64,000 bases of DNA from a virus (lineage: Duplodnaviria > Heunggongvirae > Uroviricota > Caudoviricetes). Positions 9,394-19,210 of this stretch are shown one piece after another. Within the stretch, counting starts at the first letter, position 1; each line of letters opens with the position of its first letter. The notes beneath the pieces were generated by a model. The model had not been told where the DNA came from, made no database searches, and saw only the letters and a list, made by a program, of their open reading frames with translations. Location of the stretch: IMG/VR virus record IMGVR_UViG_3300037307_000441; one strand, written 5' to 3'. A program made the translations under genes and the position numbers.

Positions 9394-9663
9394 TTAGTTC
9401 ATATTCGACAGAATATTATATTTAGTGTCTTTAAATAAAGACTCAAGAGTTACCTTCATAGGAGGTTGAACTTCAACAAACATAGATTTCAAAAAACCAA
9501 AATCACCACATTCTTCAAGAATAATCGCGTCTTTTTTACCATCGGCAAATTTTCCTTTACAAACAGATTTTACTGTGTAAATCTGATTAGGGTCAAGTTT
9601 GAATATCTTTTTACCAACTTTGTCTTGCCCACCAATGTATTTAACCAAAGAGTTCTTTTTCAT
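9394..9663 (-). CDS. hypothetical protein
   Basis: 89-aa ORF; antisense ORF 9466..9675 judged spurious. Confidence 0.45.
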   Translation of the reverse strand: MKKNSLVKYIGGQDKVGKKIFKLDPNQIYTVKSVCKGKFADGKKDAIILEECGDFGFLKSMFVEVQPPMKVTLESLFKDTKYNILSNMN

Positions 9664-9704
9664 ATTCTTATTTGATTTATTAATACAAAGATACGAAATA
9701 TATA

Positions 9705-10202
9705 TTAAACTACCAAATTATTTATCTTATTATCTCTAATTTCTTCCTTTGTGGTTAAATCTTTATATCTTAAATTCCAAGTTACTACTAATGTCTTGAC
9801 ATTCAACCACTTAACTATATAGAATATTGCTATAGATCCGTATATAATTTTTTTCTCCATAAATTCCATCAAATCATCATCAGAATTAAATGAAATTGAG
9901 TCACAAGTGTAATCTTCACAAACTAATTGATTGCCCTCAATTTTAATTAGTTGGAATATTGGAGATTTTACAACCATTTTAACTTTTTCTCTGAAAAAAT
10001 CAAAATAATCACCAAACCACAAATCAGGATGGACTGTAGCCATTTGTATATTATTGTTACTTACATTACCAGCTATTATACAGTTATCATATAAAAGTTT
10101 TAATGGGCTTATATCCAATTTATCATTAAAATAAATTTGTGGTTCATTGCTTATTTTGGAAAATATGCTTACATCAAATTTTTGTGAATGTAATAAATTC
10201 AT
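9705..10202 (-). CDS. hypothetical protein
   Basis: 165-aa ORF. Confidence 0.45.
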   Translation of the reverse strand: MNLLHSQKFDVSIFSKISNEPQIYFNDKLDISPLKLLYDNCIIAGNVSNNNIQMATVHPDLWFGDYFDFFREKVKMVVKSPIFQLIKIEGNQLVCEDYTCDSISFNSDDDLMEFMEKKIIYGSIAIFYIVKWLNVKTLVVTWNLRYKDLTTKEEIRDNKINNLVV

Positions 10203-10215
10203 AAATTAAAAATTT

Positions 10216-10617
10216 TTATATTTTAACCCACTTCTGTCTTGAGTCTAAGATAAATGATGATATATATTCTTGGTTCCAAGATGTAGGTTCTATTAGTGAT
10301 AGAAATATTGTTCCGTTTGTTCTTTTGTATAAGTGATAAGTTTCACCAATAACTGGTATGAAATTATACTCAGCAGAATATACCAAATCATTATATTTTA
10401 CTTCTTCTAATAACCTTTCATATTCACTTTTTATCTCATCATATTTTTTGGTAAAGTGTTTATTAACTGTATTTGCTTGATTCTTTTTCCACCCACCAAC
10501 ATCATCTAACTTAATAGAAGGGGCACCTATATTAGACCCATAAGTTAATTCTCTTTGATAGTATCCTTTCTTTTCGTCCCATACTACTAGGTCAGGCTTC
10601 TTTTTCTCTTTTGACAT
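10216..10617 (-). CDS. hypothetical protein
   Basis: 133-aa ORF. Confidence 0.45.
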   Translation of the reverse strand: MSKEKKKPDLVVWDEKKGYYQRELTYGSNIGAPSIKLDDVGGWKKNQANTVNKHFTKKYDEIKSEYERLLEEVKYNDLVYSAEYNFIPVIGETYHLYKRTNGTIFLSLIEPTSWNQEYISSFILDSRQKWVKI

Positions 10618-10653
10618 AAAAAAAGTGAGTATTTTTTATACTCACTTATATTT

Positions 10654-11601
10654 TTACTTTACTTCAAAGTTCTTTTTAATGTATTCAAGATCACTATCTG
10701 TTATATAGTTTGATGTTGTCTGTCTTTTGCCATTCCACCAAGCAGAGGGAATTAAATACATCTTACCATCATACTCTTTTCCTGTTTTGGCGTATTCCTT
10801 ATCATCGTTTAAAGTTTTTAATAAAATATCTTCATACCCGGTGTTTATTGTTCCAGGATCATTAATATTCTGTGTGGCTCTAGATCTATAAAAAATATCA
10901 CCTAAAGCTTTTCCACCACCTCCATAGGGGTTTGGTTTAAATACCCGTTCACCCATCTTTGAATAAGCAGCATACTTATTAACTGATTCCTCTTTATGTC
11001 CGCTAGCAGATAATGTCACCTTAACATATTGTTCTCTTTTAAATTTATCTTGAGCTGGACTTTCACCATATTTATAAGGAGTTGTTCCCATTTTAGTTAA
11101 AGTATCATAAGTTCCCTTAAACATTCCCTTACCCATCAAGCTATCCATATAAGAATCAATTAAATCTTTAGTTTCATCAACTCTTAATTTTGATAATCCT
11201 CCTTTTGGTAATCTCTTACCAGTTTCTTTGTCTATATTTGGAACTAAAGACTCGCTTCCTTCAATAGTTATTTTAATATTAGAACCATTGTATTTTTTAA
11301 CAAAGTCTGCAATTTTAGCTAATTTATCTTGAGTTTCCTTAGCTTTTGACTTATCAAATTTATAAGTACCACTTTCGAATTCATTACCAAAATCAATAGT
11401 TATTGTGGTATCTATTTTTTTACTTTGTGAAACATAATCTTGATTAGATGGTTGATTTAAAATAGTAGACTTTTGTGCCTTTAATCCTCCTGATGATGCT
11501 AAAGCTAATGCTCCAGCAAGTATCCATTCTTTGACTCCTTCATCAACTTTTTCGGATTCTACATCAATGTTCAAATCTTCAAATCTTTTTAAATACTTCA
11601 T
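10654..11601 (-). CDS. hypothetical protein with MKYLKRFEDL N-terminal family motif
   Basis: 315 aa; N-terminus shared with several other ORFs in the window. Confidence 0.5.
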   Translation of the reverse strand: MKYLKRFEDLNIDVESEKVDEGVKEWILAGALALASSGGLKAQKSTILNQPSNQDYVSQSKKIDTTITIDFGNEFESGTYKFDKSKAKETQDKLAKIADFVKKYNGSNIKITIEGSESLVPNIDKETGKRLPKGGLSKLRVDETKDLIDSYMDSLMGKGMFKGTYDTLTKMGTTPYKYGESPAQDKFKREQYVKVTLSASGHKEESVNKYAAYSKMGERVFKPNPYGGGGKALGDIFYRSRATQNINDPGTINTGYEDILLKTLNDDKEYAKTGKEYDGKMYLIPSAWWNGKRQTTSNYITDSDLEYIKKNFEVK

Positions 11602-11662
11602 ATTATTGTTTTGTTTAATAACATATATATTAAAAATATTTTTTTAATTTTAATTTTTAACT

Positions 11663-11670
11663 TATATTTG
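11663..11670 (+). promoter_or_regulatory. -7 promoter box TATATTTG
   Basis: TAnnTTTG ~40 nt upstream of ATG 11712. Confidence 0.3.
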
Positions 11671-11711
11671 ACCAACTAAAATGATTTTTTGAAATAAAAA
11701 AGAAAAAAATT

Positions 11712-11957
11712 ATGGCATATATTGACGTAGACATCGATGAATTTTTAAATTCATGTAGTAGTTGGGACATTAAAGAACTAATAAAAGCTTTAGTTGAAGA
11801 TGGTCATATTCCCGAAGAACAGGTTAAAGAAACAAAAATACGAGCTTCTTTTGTAGAACAAGAACATATAGACGCTTGTAAAAAGCTAATGGATGCTTAT
11901 CATAGATTATCAAATGAAGATACAGATTTAATTAAAAAATTATCAGAAAAAGTATGA
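11712..11957 (+). CDS. hypothetical protein
   Basis: 81-aa ORF. Confidence 0.4.
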   Translation: MAYIDVDIDEFLNSCSSWDIKELIKALVEDGHIPEEQVKETKIRASFVEQEHIDACKKLMDAYHRLSNEDTDLIKKLSEKV

Positions 11958-12274
11958 TAAAAAAATTAGTTAAAGTAAAAAATGATTTTTATTTAATTGA
12001 TGACACCGAACCAACTAAATATACATTTCATAAAAGAAAATTCGAAATTTTAAAAGTTGATGGTGTTGGTGAAATATCGGGTGAAGTATTTCACGAAAAA
12101 GGTTTTTCTTTTAAAGAAGATTGTGCAAATGTTTTGAAAACAACTAATGAAAAAATAATAAATATACCTAAATTAGATAGGGGACAATTATTAGAACTAA
12201 TTGGAAATGACGATTCAAACATTTGGATTGTTGATATAAATGAGAATGATGAAATTGTTAAACTAAAAAAATAA
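11954..12274 (+). CDS. hypothetical protein
   Basis: 106-aa ORF, ATGA overlap with upstream gene. Confidence 0.4.
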   Translation: MIKKLVKVKNDFYLIDDTEPTKYTFHKRKFEILKVDGVGEISGEVFHEKGFSFKEDCANVLKTTNEKIINIPKLDRGQLLELIGNDDSNIWIVDINENDEIVKLKK

Positions 12275-12278
12275 TAAA

Positions 12279-12776
12279 ATGAAAACTATATTACTTTTCT
12301 TTCTTCTTATAGGTCTGAAATCGACCTATCCTCAAGATAAAGTAATCAATACTAATCGATATTTAATGATTAAACATAAAGAAGGTTACAATGTTTATGA
12401 TCTTTATAAAAATAATGATTTGGTTTTAGAATCAAAAAACGATACTCCTTATTTAAAAAATAATAACTCGATTATAAAAGAAGGTTGGGCTAGGTATTAT
12501 GATTATACATTAAAAAAGTTTATACCCAGAGATAATGGAAATAAAAGAATTTATCCATTGAAAAATGTATACACATTTGATGATGATATAATTTATGATT
12601 CAGAGTATTCAAAATTCAAAATAATATCACAAAGAAAGGAAGATGAAACAATTTACTATAGTTGTTTAGACATATCTGAATCGACAAAGGAAAGTGGTCA
12701 AAAATGTGAAATTATAGTTACGGATAACTATATATTTATTCAGTATCAAACACAAACATATATTTATTCTAATTAG
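12279..12776 (+). CDS. hypothetical secreted protein
   Basis: N-terminal signal-like MKTILLFFLLIGLKSTYPQ. Confidence 0.45.
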   Translation: MKTILLFFLLIGLKSTYPQDKVINTNRYLMIKHKEGYNVYDLYKNNDLVLESKNDTPYLKNNNSIIKEGWARYYDYTLKKFIPRDNGNKRIYPLKNVYTFDDDIIYDSEYSKFKIISQRKEDETIYYSCLDISESTKESGQKCEIIVTDNYIFIQYQTQTYIYSN

Positions 12777-12797
12777 ACTTTGAGTAAATGATTTTCT

Positions 12798-12823
12798 TAA
12801 ACCACATTCGTGTGGTTTTTTTA
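12798..12823 (+). terminator. rho-independent terminator
   Basis: TAAACCACA-TTCG-TGTGGTTT(A) hairpin plus T-run. Confidence 0.55.
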
Positions 12824-12902
12824 TTTTATTTTAACTTTTTAGCACTTTTTTAATATAACTAAGTGTCAATTCAAAAAAATAAAAAATAAAAAGCAAACAT
12901 TT

Positions 12903-15900
12903 ATGAAAAAGACAATTATGATGTCACTTCTATCACTTTTAGTGACGTTCACCACGTTTGGTCAGATTACAACATCTACCATATCGGGAGTGGTGAAAAA
13001 TGAGAAAGGTGATGTGTTGGCCGGAGCATCGGTACACGCCCAACATCAACCCACGGGTACCGATTATCGAACGACAACAACCAAGTCCGGTGGTTATACA
13101 ATACCCGCTGTCAGACCAGGTGGTCCGTATCTAATCCACGTTTCATATGTTGGGTACAAAACTAAAGAAGTCACAGAAGTAAATACCTCTTTAGGTTTGA
13201 CAACAAACGTGGATATTGTTTTAGTAGAAGAATCAAAAACATTAGGTGAGGTTACTGTTGTAGGAACCAGAAATAATACCTTTTCTAAAGACAAAACTGG
13301 TGCCTCCCAACAATTTGGTAGAAGAGAGTTGCAGACTATACCTATTGTTGGCGCTAGAACAATTGATGGTATTACTAAATACAACCCATTTGGTGATGGT
13401 AGATCTTTCGGTGCACAAGATTCGAGAATGAATAATTTCACCATTGATGGATCTCAATTTAACAATGGATTTGGTTTGGGTTCTTCAGCACAGGCTGGTG
13501 GTAGAACTGGGTCAACCGCAATATCATTAGATGCTATTGACCAACTACAGCTTAATATTGCGCCATTTGATATTCGCCAAAGTGGATTTACAGGTGCTGG
13601 TATTAATGCAGTAACAAGATCTGGTACAAATAATGTAGAAGGATCTTTTTATAGAACAAATAGAAATAACACTTCTTCTTATGTTGGTGACAAAGCTTAT
13701 AATGTGCCTGTTACTTCTTCAAAATTTGATGAAGAAGTTTGGGGATTCCGCCTAGGAGCACCTATCATTAAAAATAAATTATTTATTTTTGGTAACTACG
13801 AAAGCTTAGTAAGAACAGAGCCAGGAACAACATGGATATCAGATGGTTCACCATTATCAGGTTCACAAATAAGTCGAGTTAAATATTCAGATATGCAAAC
13901 TCTCTCTAATTTTATGAGAGATAAGTTTGGATATGAAACTGGTCCATGGGAAGGATATAGCAATGCTAATGAATCTAAGAAATTCTTAGTTAGAGCAGAC
14001 TGGAATATTAATGAAAAGCATAAGTTAACTGCTAGATATGTTCATCACAATTCATTTGCAGAAATTAACATATCCAATTCACAATCAGCGGGTGCTGGTA
14101 ATAGAACAACACAGTTCAATGCAATGTCTTTCAAAAATAGTGGATATTTAATTGAAGATAATACCCGTTCTGCGGTTCTTGAATTAAATTCTAAATTTTC
14201 AAATACATTACATAATAATTTAATTGTTGGTTATGACAAACAACTTGAGAATAGAGGATATCTTAGTCCAATGTTCCCAACAATTGATATTAGAGAAGGT
14301 TCGGCTACTTATACTTCAGTAGGTTTTGATCCATTCACTCCTAGTAACAAGTTAGATTATGGAACTTTCCATATTACTAACAATATGACTAAGTATTTGA
14401 ATAAACATACTTTAGTATTCGGGGCAAATTTTGAAAGCTTTAAGTCTAATAATCTTTTCTTTCCGGCTTCTAATGGTGTTTATATTTTTAACAGTTTGGC
14501 TGATTTTTATACAGCAGCTAATCAATCATTGGCTAATGGTGGAGCACCATCAGCATTTGCTCCAGCTAGATTTCAATTAAGATATTCGGCATTACCAGGT
14601 GGGGTAGAACCAATGCAAGTTTTAAAATCAAGTAGATTTGATTTTTATGGACAAGATGAATGGAACTTAAATCCTGATTTGAAATTGACATTTGGATTAA
14701 GAGGTTCTATAATTGGTTTTGACAACACAGCTTTGGAAAACCCAACAGTGACAGCAATGACTTTTGCGAATGGTGAAAAATTCAATACAGGAACGCTACC
14801 AAAAACTCAGTTATTGTGGGAGCCTAGATTTGGATTTAACTACGATGTTAAAGGTCAGAAAAAAACACAAATTAGAGGCGGTACCGGTATCTTTACTGGA
14901 AGACCTCCTTATGTGTTTATCTCTAACCAAGTTGGGAATAATGGTGTGTTAACTGGATTCATTGATGTTAGTGGTGCTGCCGCAAATGCTTTTGGATTTA
15001 CAGCAGATCCTAATAAATATTTTATACCATCAACACCCACCCTTCCTTCTACATTTGATTTAGCGTTCACTGACCCTAATTTCAAATTCCCACAAGTTTG
15101 GAAAACAAACATCGCTGTTGACCAAAAATTACCTTTCGGATTTATTGGTTCAATAGAATATTTGTATAACAAAACCTTAAATGGTGTTCATTATTATAAT
15201 GCGAATTTAGACAATCCGATTGGTACATTAAGTGGTGGTGGTCTTAATATAACATCTGTTGATAATAGATGGAGATTTGCAAACAATGATGCTGGGGTTA
15301 GAGTTAATGATAATGTTTCTATGGGTGCGGTATTAACCAATATTGATGGTGCATATCATCAATCATTAACAATGAGACTTGAATATCCTGTTAAAAAAGG
15401 ATTATGGGGGTCAATAGCTTGGACAACTGCTGAATCATTTGATTATATGAGCGCTGGTTCTATCGCAAGTGGTAGCTGGCAAAGTATAAAATCAGTTAAT
15501 GGTAACAATAATGTAAATTTAAGTTTATCCGATAACTTTATTAAAAACAGATTTGTTGGATTATTGGGTTATAGATTTGAATACGGTAAGAAATGGGGTG
15601 GAGCCACTACGGTAACTCTTGGTTATATCGGCACACAAGGTGGAGCATTCTCTTACTTTGTAGCGGGTGACTTAAATGGTGATAGAGTTAGAGATAATGA
15701 ATTGATATTTGTTCCTTTAAAAGGATCAGATGTTAAGTTTCAACCTTTAACTGTGGGAACCACAGTATATACAGAGGCTGATCAGCAAGCAGCATTTGAT
15801 GCATTCATCAACCAGGATCCTTATTTGAAAAATAGAAGAGGTCAATATGCTGAAAGAAATGGTGGAATATTACCTTATCTACACAGATTTGATTTATCAA

Positions 15901-16199
15901 TTGCACAAGATTTCTTTGTTAAAGTAAAAGAACATAAGAACACATTCCAAGTTAGATTTGATATCTTAAACTTTGGCAATATGGTAAATGATAATTGGGG
16001 GGTTTCACAAAGAGCAGCCGCCCCTGCTTTGTTAAACTTTGTTAGTTATAACACAGTAGGCGAACCTACTTACAGATTATCAACTCAAAAATTTGTTGAT
16101 GGTACAACAACACTGGTTAGAGATTCTTACCAAAGAAATTCATCAGTATTTGATGTTTGGTCAGCACAATTAGGTATTAGATATATCTTCGGTAGATAA
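12903..16199 (+). CDS. TonB-dependent outer-membrane receptor-like protein (SusC/CarboxypepD_reg-type N-terminus, plug and beta-barrel)
   Basis: 1098 aa; signal peptide; N-terminal ISGVVKNEKGDVLAGASVH...GGYTI carboxypeptidase-regulatory-like domain typical of Bacteroidota TBDRs; long Gly/aromatic-rich barrel; C-terminal aromatic-rich strand; visibly GC-richer than neighbours. Confidence 0.8.
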   Translation: MKKTIMMSLLSLLVTFTTFGQITTSTISGVVKNEKGDVLAGASVHAQHQPTGTDYRTTTTKSGGYTIPAVRPGGPYLIHVSYVGYKTKEVTEVNTSLGLTTNVDIVLVEESKTLGEVTVVGTRNNTFSKDKTGASQQFGRRELQTIPIVGARTIDGITKYNPFGDGRSFGAQDSRMNNFTIDGSQFNNGFGLGSSAQAGGRTGSTAISLDAIDQLQLNIAPFDIRQSGFTGAGINAVTRSGTNNVEGSFYRTNRNNTSSYVGDKAYNVPVTSSKFDEEVWGFRLGAPIIKNKLFIFGNYESLVRTEPGTTWISDGSPLSGSQISRVKYSDMQTLSNFMRDKFGYETGPWEGYSNANESKKFLVRADWNINEKHKLTARYVHHNSFAEINISNSQSAGAGNRTTQFNAMSFKNSGYLIEDNTRSAVLELNSKFSNTLHNNLIVGYDKQLENRGYLSPMFPTIDIREGSATYTSVGFDPFTPSNKLDYGTFHITNNMTKYLNKHTLVFGANFESFKSNNLFFPASNGVYIFNSLADFYTAANQSLANGGAPSAFAPARFQLRYSALPGGVEPMQVLKSSRFDFYGQDEWNLNPDLKLTFGLRGSIIGFDNTALENPTVTAMTFANGEKFNTGTLPKTQLLWEPRFGFNYDVKGQKKTQIRGGTGIFTGRPPYVFISNQVGNNGVLTGFIDVSGAAANAFGFTADPNKYFIPSTPTLPSTFDLAFTDPNFKFPQVWKTNIAVDQKLPFGFIGSIEYLYNKTLNGVHYYNANLDNPIGTLSGGGLNITSVDNRWRFANNDAGVRVNDNVSMGAVLTNIDGAYHQSLTMRLEYPVKKGLWGSIAWTTAESFDYMSAGSIASGSWQSIKSVNGNNNVNLSLSDNFIKNRFVGLLGYRFEYGKKWGGATTVTLGYIGTQGGAFSYFVAGDLNGDRVRDNELIFVPLKGSDVKFQPLTVGTTVYTEADQQAAFDAFINQDPYLKNRRGQYAERNGGILPYLHRFDLSIAQDFFVKVKEHKNTFQVRFDILNFGNMVNDNWGVSQRAAAPALLNFVSYNTVGEPTYRLSTQKFVDGTTTLVRDSYQRNSSVFDVWSAQLGIRYIFGR

Positions 16200-16217
16200 T
16201 TTAAAAAAAAAATTAAA

Positions 16218-16247
16218 AGAGTCACAAAAACTGTGACTCTTTTTTTT
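16218..16247 (+). terminator. rho-independent terminator
   Basis: AGAGTCACA-AAAAC-TGTGACTCT hairpin followed by a 7-T run right after the receptor gene. Confidence 0.6.
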
Positions 16248-16262
16248 AATATAAAAGGTGAT

Positions 16263-16270
16263 TATATTTG
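16263..16270 (+). promoter_or_regulatory. -7 promoter box TATATTTG
   Basis: TAnnTTTG 22 nt upstream of ATG 16293. Confidence 0.3.
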
Positions 16271-16292
16271 TAAAAATTAAAATATTCTGAGT

Positions 16293-16493
16293 ATGTTTAG
16301 AGATGTTATGTTTAGAGATAGTGGTGGTGACATTGACTACAATTACAAAAGTGACTTACAAGAAAGTAAAGAATTATTATTGAGAGTAATAATGGCAAAG
16401 TGTAAAATATCTGATTCTGATTTACATGATATAAGTATTATAAAAAACAAATTAAGAGAGGAAAACATAAACGAAATTATAAATGAAAAGTAA
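16293..16493 (+). CDS. hypothetical small protein
   Basis: 66-aa ORF. Confidence 0.35.
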   Translation: MFRDVMFRDSGGDIDYNYKSDLQESKELLLRVIMAKCKISDSDLHDISIIKNKLREENINEIINEK

Positions 16494-16908
16494 GCAAGTT
16501 ATAGTCCTACGAAAAGACCTCAATATGAGGAAAGGTAAAATGGTTGCTCAAGGCGCTCATGCTTCAATGAAGGTTATCTTAGATATGATGACTGGTCAGG
16601 GAGGAATTAAATATTTCTCTTCAGGAGGACAAGTAGGTGAGATAACCAAATATTTAAAATTTGAAGGTGGCACCGCTATCAATGATTGGATCACAGGTTT
16701 GTTTACTAAAGTTTGTGTTTCTGTTGATTCAGAAGAAGAATTGATTTCTATCTATGATAAAGCAAAAGAAAAAGGAATACCTTGCTCAATAATTGAAGAT
16801 GCTGGATTAACTGAATTTAATGGTATTCCAACAAAAACTGCGGTTGCTATTGGACCAGCTTGGTCTGAAGAAATCGACGAAATAACAGGGCATTTAAAAT
16901 TATTATAA
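16483..16908 (+). CDS. pth2: peptidyl-tRNA hydrolase, PTH2 family
   Basis: VIVLRKDLNMRKGKMVAQGAHAS...GIPCSIIEDAGLTEF...KTAVAIGPA...ITGHLKLL matches the PTH2 pattern throughout, including the C-terminal TGhLKLL. Confidence 0.75.
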   Translation: MKSKQVIVLRKDLNMRKGKMVAQGAHASMKVILDMMTGQGGIKYFSSGGQVGEITKYLKFEGGTAINDWITGLFTKVCVSVDSEEELISIYDKAKEKGIPCSIIEDAGLTEFNGIPTKTAVAIGPAWSEEIDEITGHLKLL

Positions 16909-16912
16909 TACT

Positions 16913-17431
16913 ATGGGAATTCATGATGGTTTAAGTAAAATAGGAACAGGTCCTGGTAGAAACTTTAAAGATAAATATAAAGGAACTTTAATTTTTGATC
17001 CTTCAAAAAGGAAAAAACCTGTACACACATATATAGGTGACACTGTTTATATAACAGGTTGGTATGTCATTCATGATGGTAAGGAAGTGCCACTTTATTA
17101 TCAAGATGCAGAATATGTTGAAACACACAAATGTATGAATGGAGATTATGCATTTAATGGAATTGAAGTTGAATACACTATAGATAATTGGTGTGAGATG
17201 GGGTTACAAAAAGGCCAAGAACAATATAGTGGTACTTATCAAATGGGATATGGAACAGTAGCGAGGCTAATTCACAAAGAGGTAGTTGAGGAAGAATTAG
17301 AAAGGTGTATTAAATCACCTTATTACTTCGCGACAAACTATTTAATTGTAAATGGAGAAAAATTCTCTACAAGACTAAGTGAAGAAGAATTTAATACTAA
17401 GTTTAACCAAATACTAAATCAATTAAAATGA
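16913..17431 (+). CDS. hypothetical protein
   Basis: 172-aa ORF. Confidence 0.45.
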   Translation: MGIHDGLSKIGTGPGRNFKDKYKGTLIFDPSKRKKPVHTYIGDTVYITGWYVIHDGKEVPLYYQDAEYVETHKCMNGDYAFNGIEVEYTIDNWCEMGLQKGQEQYSGTYQMGYGTVARLIHKEVVEEELERCIKSPYYFATNYLIVNGEKFSTRLSEEEFNTKFNQILNQLK

Positions 17432-17715
17432 AAGAAATTTTTGTAGGAGAAGGATGCTTTGGCCCAATTGTTAGAATAGATGGAGAATCTATGCATCTTG
17501 GAGAATATGATGAGAGAACTGATGAAGACATTGATAAGATGAGAATGGATATTATTCAGGAGCTAATTAATAATAGAAAAAATATTAGTCTTTATGATTG
17601 GTCTCAGATAATTGAGATGATAGCAAATGCATCACATTGGAATCTCGTAAGTGAGTCTAATGATTCTTGTGATCAATGTGGAAATTATAATTGGGATAGA
17701 ACATATGAAAAGTAA
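17428..17715 (+). CDS. hypothetical protein
   Basis: 95-aa ORF, ATGA overlap with upstream gene. Confidence 0.4.
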   Translation: MKEIFVGEGCFGPIVRIDGESMHLGEYDERTDEDIDKMRMDIIQELINNRKNISLYDWSQIIEMIANASHWNLVSESNDSCDQCGNYNWDRTYEK

Positions 17716-17929
17716 TTGTGGCTTTTGTGGTGGTGAAGTAAAAACATCTACAACCACATCAAGTACAACATCGGGAGTATATTTAAAACCAGGTGTTTAT
17801 ATCAATGCTGGTAAATACCGAGGGTGTGGAAACTGTGGAGAAATATCTCCAGTTTGTCAAAATTGTTTAGAAAAAATTCTTTGTTTAAGTTGTTCAAGGT
17901 CTGAAAAAATCGAAGAATGTTTATCGTAA
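17705..17929 (+). CDS. Cys-rich small protein (multiple CxxC)
   Basis: MKSNCGFCGG...CGNCGEISPVCQNCL...CLSC; track ORF starts 17651, first plausible ATG 17705. Confidence 0.4.
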   Translation: MKSNCGFCGGEVKTSTTTSSTTSGVYLKPGVYINAGKYRGCGNCGEISPVCQNCLEKILCLSCSRSEKIEECLS

Positions 17930-18216
17930 TTCACTATACTGAAAAAAGAATAATCTTATTAAAATATTCAACCGACCTTGATGAATCTATAGAATATTTC
18001 ATAAGAAATACCGGATCAGATAGAAAAGAGATTACCAAAAAGATGATTTCTTATGGATACTATGAAAAATCAAACATTTATATATTAGAGACAAATCATA
18101 ATCTTTGGACAAGCCAGACAATTCCTTATTATATAAAGACTCCAAAAATTGAGAATATTACAAATTTTATAAAGTTAGAATTACGAAACATTATGATAGA
18201 TAAAATTATTAAGTAA
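17917..18216 (+). CDS. hypothetical protein
   Basis: 99-aa ORF. Confidence 0.4.
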   Translation: MFIVIHYTEKRIILLKYSTDLDESIEYFIRNTGSDRKEITKKMISYGYYEKSNIYILETNHNLWTSQTIPYYIKTPKIENITNFIKLELRNIMIDKIIK

Positions 18217-18221
18217 GTAAT

Positions 18222-18572
18222 ATGTATGCTATTTCTTCAATTCGTTCCACTGATCACCCATCTTTATTTATAGATATTTATAATCTTAAATTACTATTCT
18301 ACTCAGATAATATAGAAGAGTGTGTTAGATTTTTATCCAAATTGATAAATGTTAAATCGACAAACTTAGATTCTATTTTAAATAATATTCAAAATAATGG
18401 ATATGATAATATATACTCACCCGAATACTTGTACTTTTTTGTAGATTTAAATTTTAAGAATATAGAAGATAATTTAATTAAAATGGCATATTCTAAGATC
18501 AAGGATATAATAAGAGAAAAATCAATCAATGATATAATAAAAAAAGGAGACCGAGGTCTCCTATTTGATTAA
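18222..18572 (+). CDS. hypothetical protein
   Basis: 116-aa ORF; GGAGACC/GGTCTCC hairpin overlaps its last codons. Confidence 0.4.
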   Translation: MYAISSIRSTDHPSLFIDIYNLKLLFYSDNIEECVRFLSKLINVKSTNLDSILNNIQNNGYDNIYSPEYLYFFVDLNFKNIEDNLIKMAYSKIKDIIREKSINDIIKKGDRGLLFD

Positions 18573-18764
18573 AAGTAGATGATGTCTCCAACTTGCCAAT
18601 CTTCTTCTGGCTCATCATTGGTATCTTTCGGGTCTAGGTAGTAGGATTTCATATTTTTTTATTTTTATATATTAATATTTCATTTTTTAACATTTTTTGT
18701 TAAATAATTAAGTGAAAGTATGCCAAAAATTAAACTGAATATTGCTCCTAAAATTAAATCCATG

Positions 18765-18850
18765 TGCCTCAGGCGGGAATCGAACCCGCACTCACGTTTC
18801 GGTGAACAAGATTTTAAGTCTTGCGTGTCTACCTATTCCACCACCAAGGC
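18765..18850 (-). tRNA. tRNA-Leu (anticodon TAA), type II
   Basis: reverse complement GCCTTGG-TG-GTGGAATAGGTAGACAC-GCAAGA CTTAAAA TCTTG-long variable arm-TGCGGG TTCGATT CCCGC-CTGAGGC-A; cloverleaf folds by hand. Confidence 0.75.
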
Positions 18851-18854
18851 GTTG

Positions 18855-18928
18855 TGGACTCTGAGGGACTTGAACCCCCGACCCTCTGATTATGAGTCAG
18901 ACGCTCTAACCAACTGAGCTAAGAGTCC
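18855..18928 (-). tRNA. tRNA-Met/fMet/Ile2 (anticodon CAT)
   Basis: reverse complement GGACTCT-TA-GCTC AGTTGGTTA GAGC-G-TCTGA CTCATAA TCAGA-GGGTC-GGGGG TTCAAGT CCCTC-AGAGTCC-A. Confidence 0.75.
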
Positions 18929-18971
18929 ATTGTAACACAAAGTTACGAAAAATTTTTATAAATCAAAAATT

Positions 18972-19205
18972 CTATTTTCTACATTTCTTTGGTTGAAAGC
19001 AACCTTGGCCAGACCCCTCAATATATCCAATCCTATTATCAATATGTGTACTCATTTTATATGGACTTTCTTTTCCACACATAACACACTTATCGTATGG
19101 GTCAATTGACTTTATAGAATCCCAATATTTTTGTCTAATAATTTGTCCCAAATCTTGATCGTTTGGGTGATTAAGAATTTCAAATTCTGATACTAAAAGG
19201 TTCAT
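18972..19205 (-). CDS. hypothetical protein
   Basis: 77-aa ORF. Confidence 0.4.
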   Translation of the reverse strand: MNLLVSEFEILNHPNDQDLGQIIRQKYWDSIKSIDPYDKCVMCGKESPYKMSTHIDNRIGYIEGSGQGCFQPKKCRK

Positions 19206-19210
19206 AAAGA

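Noticed and set aside
13094-15172. Four short ORFs (13094..13444-, 13242..13457-, 14764..14952+, 14909..15172-) inside the TonB-receptor gene
   Set aside because: Embedded in or antisense to a 1098-aa gene with strong domain signatures; the GC-richer sequence inflates spurious ORFs.
18720-18917. 65-aa ORF on + strand
   Set aside because: Lies entirely over two well-formed minus-strand tRNA genes (Leu-TAA, Met-CAT); judged a translation artefact.
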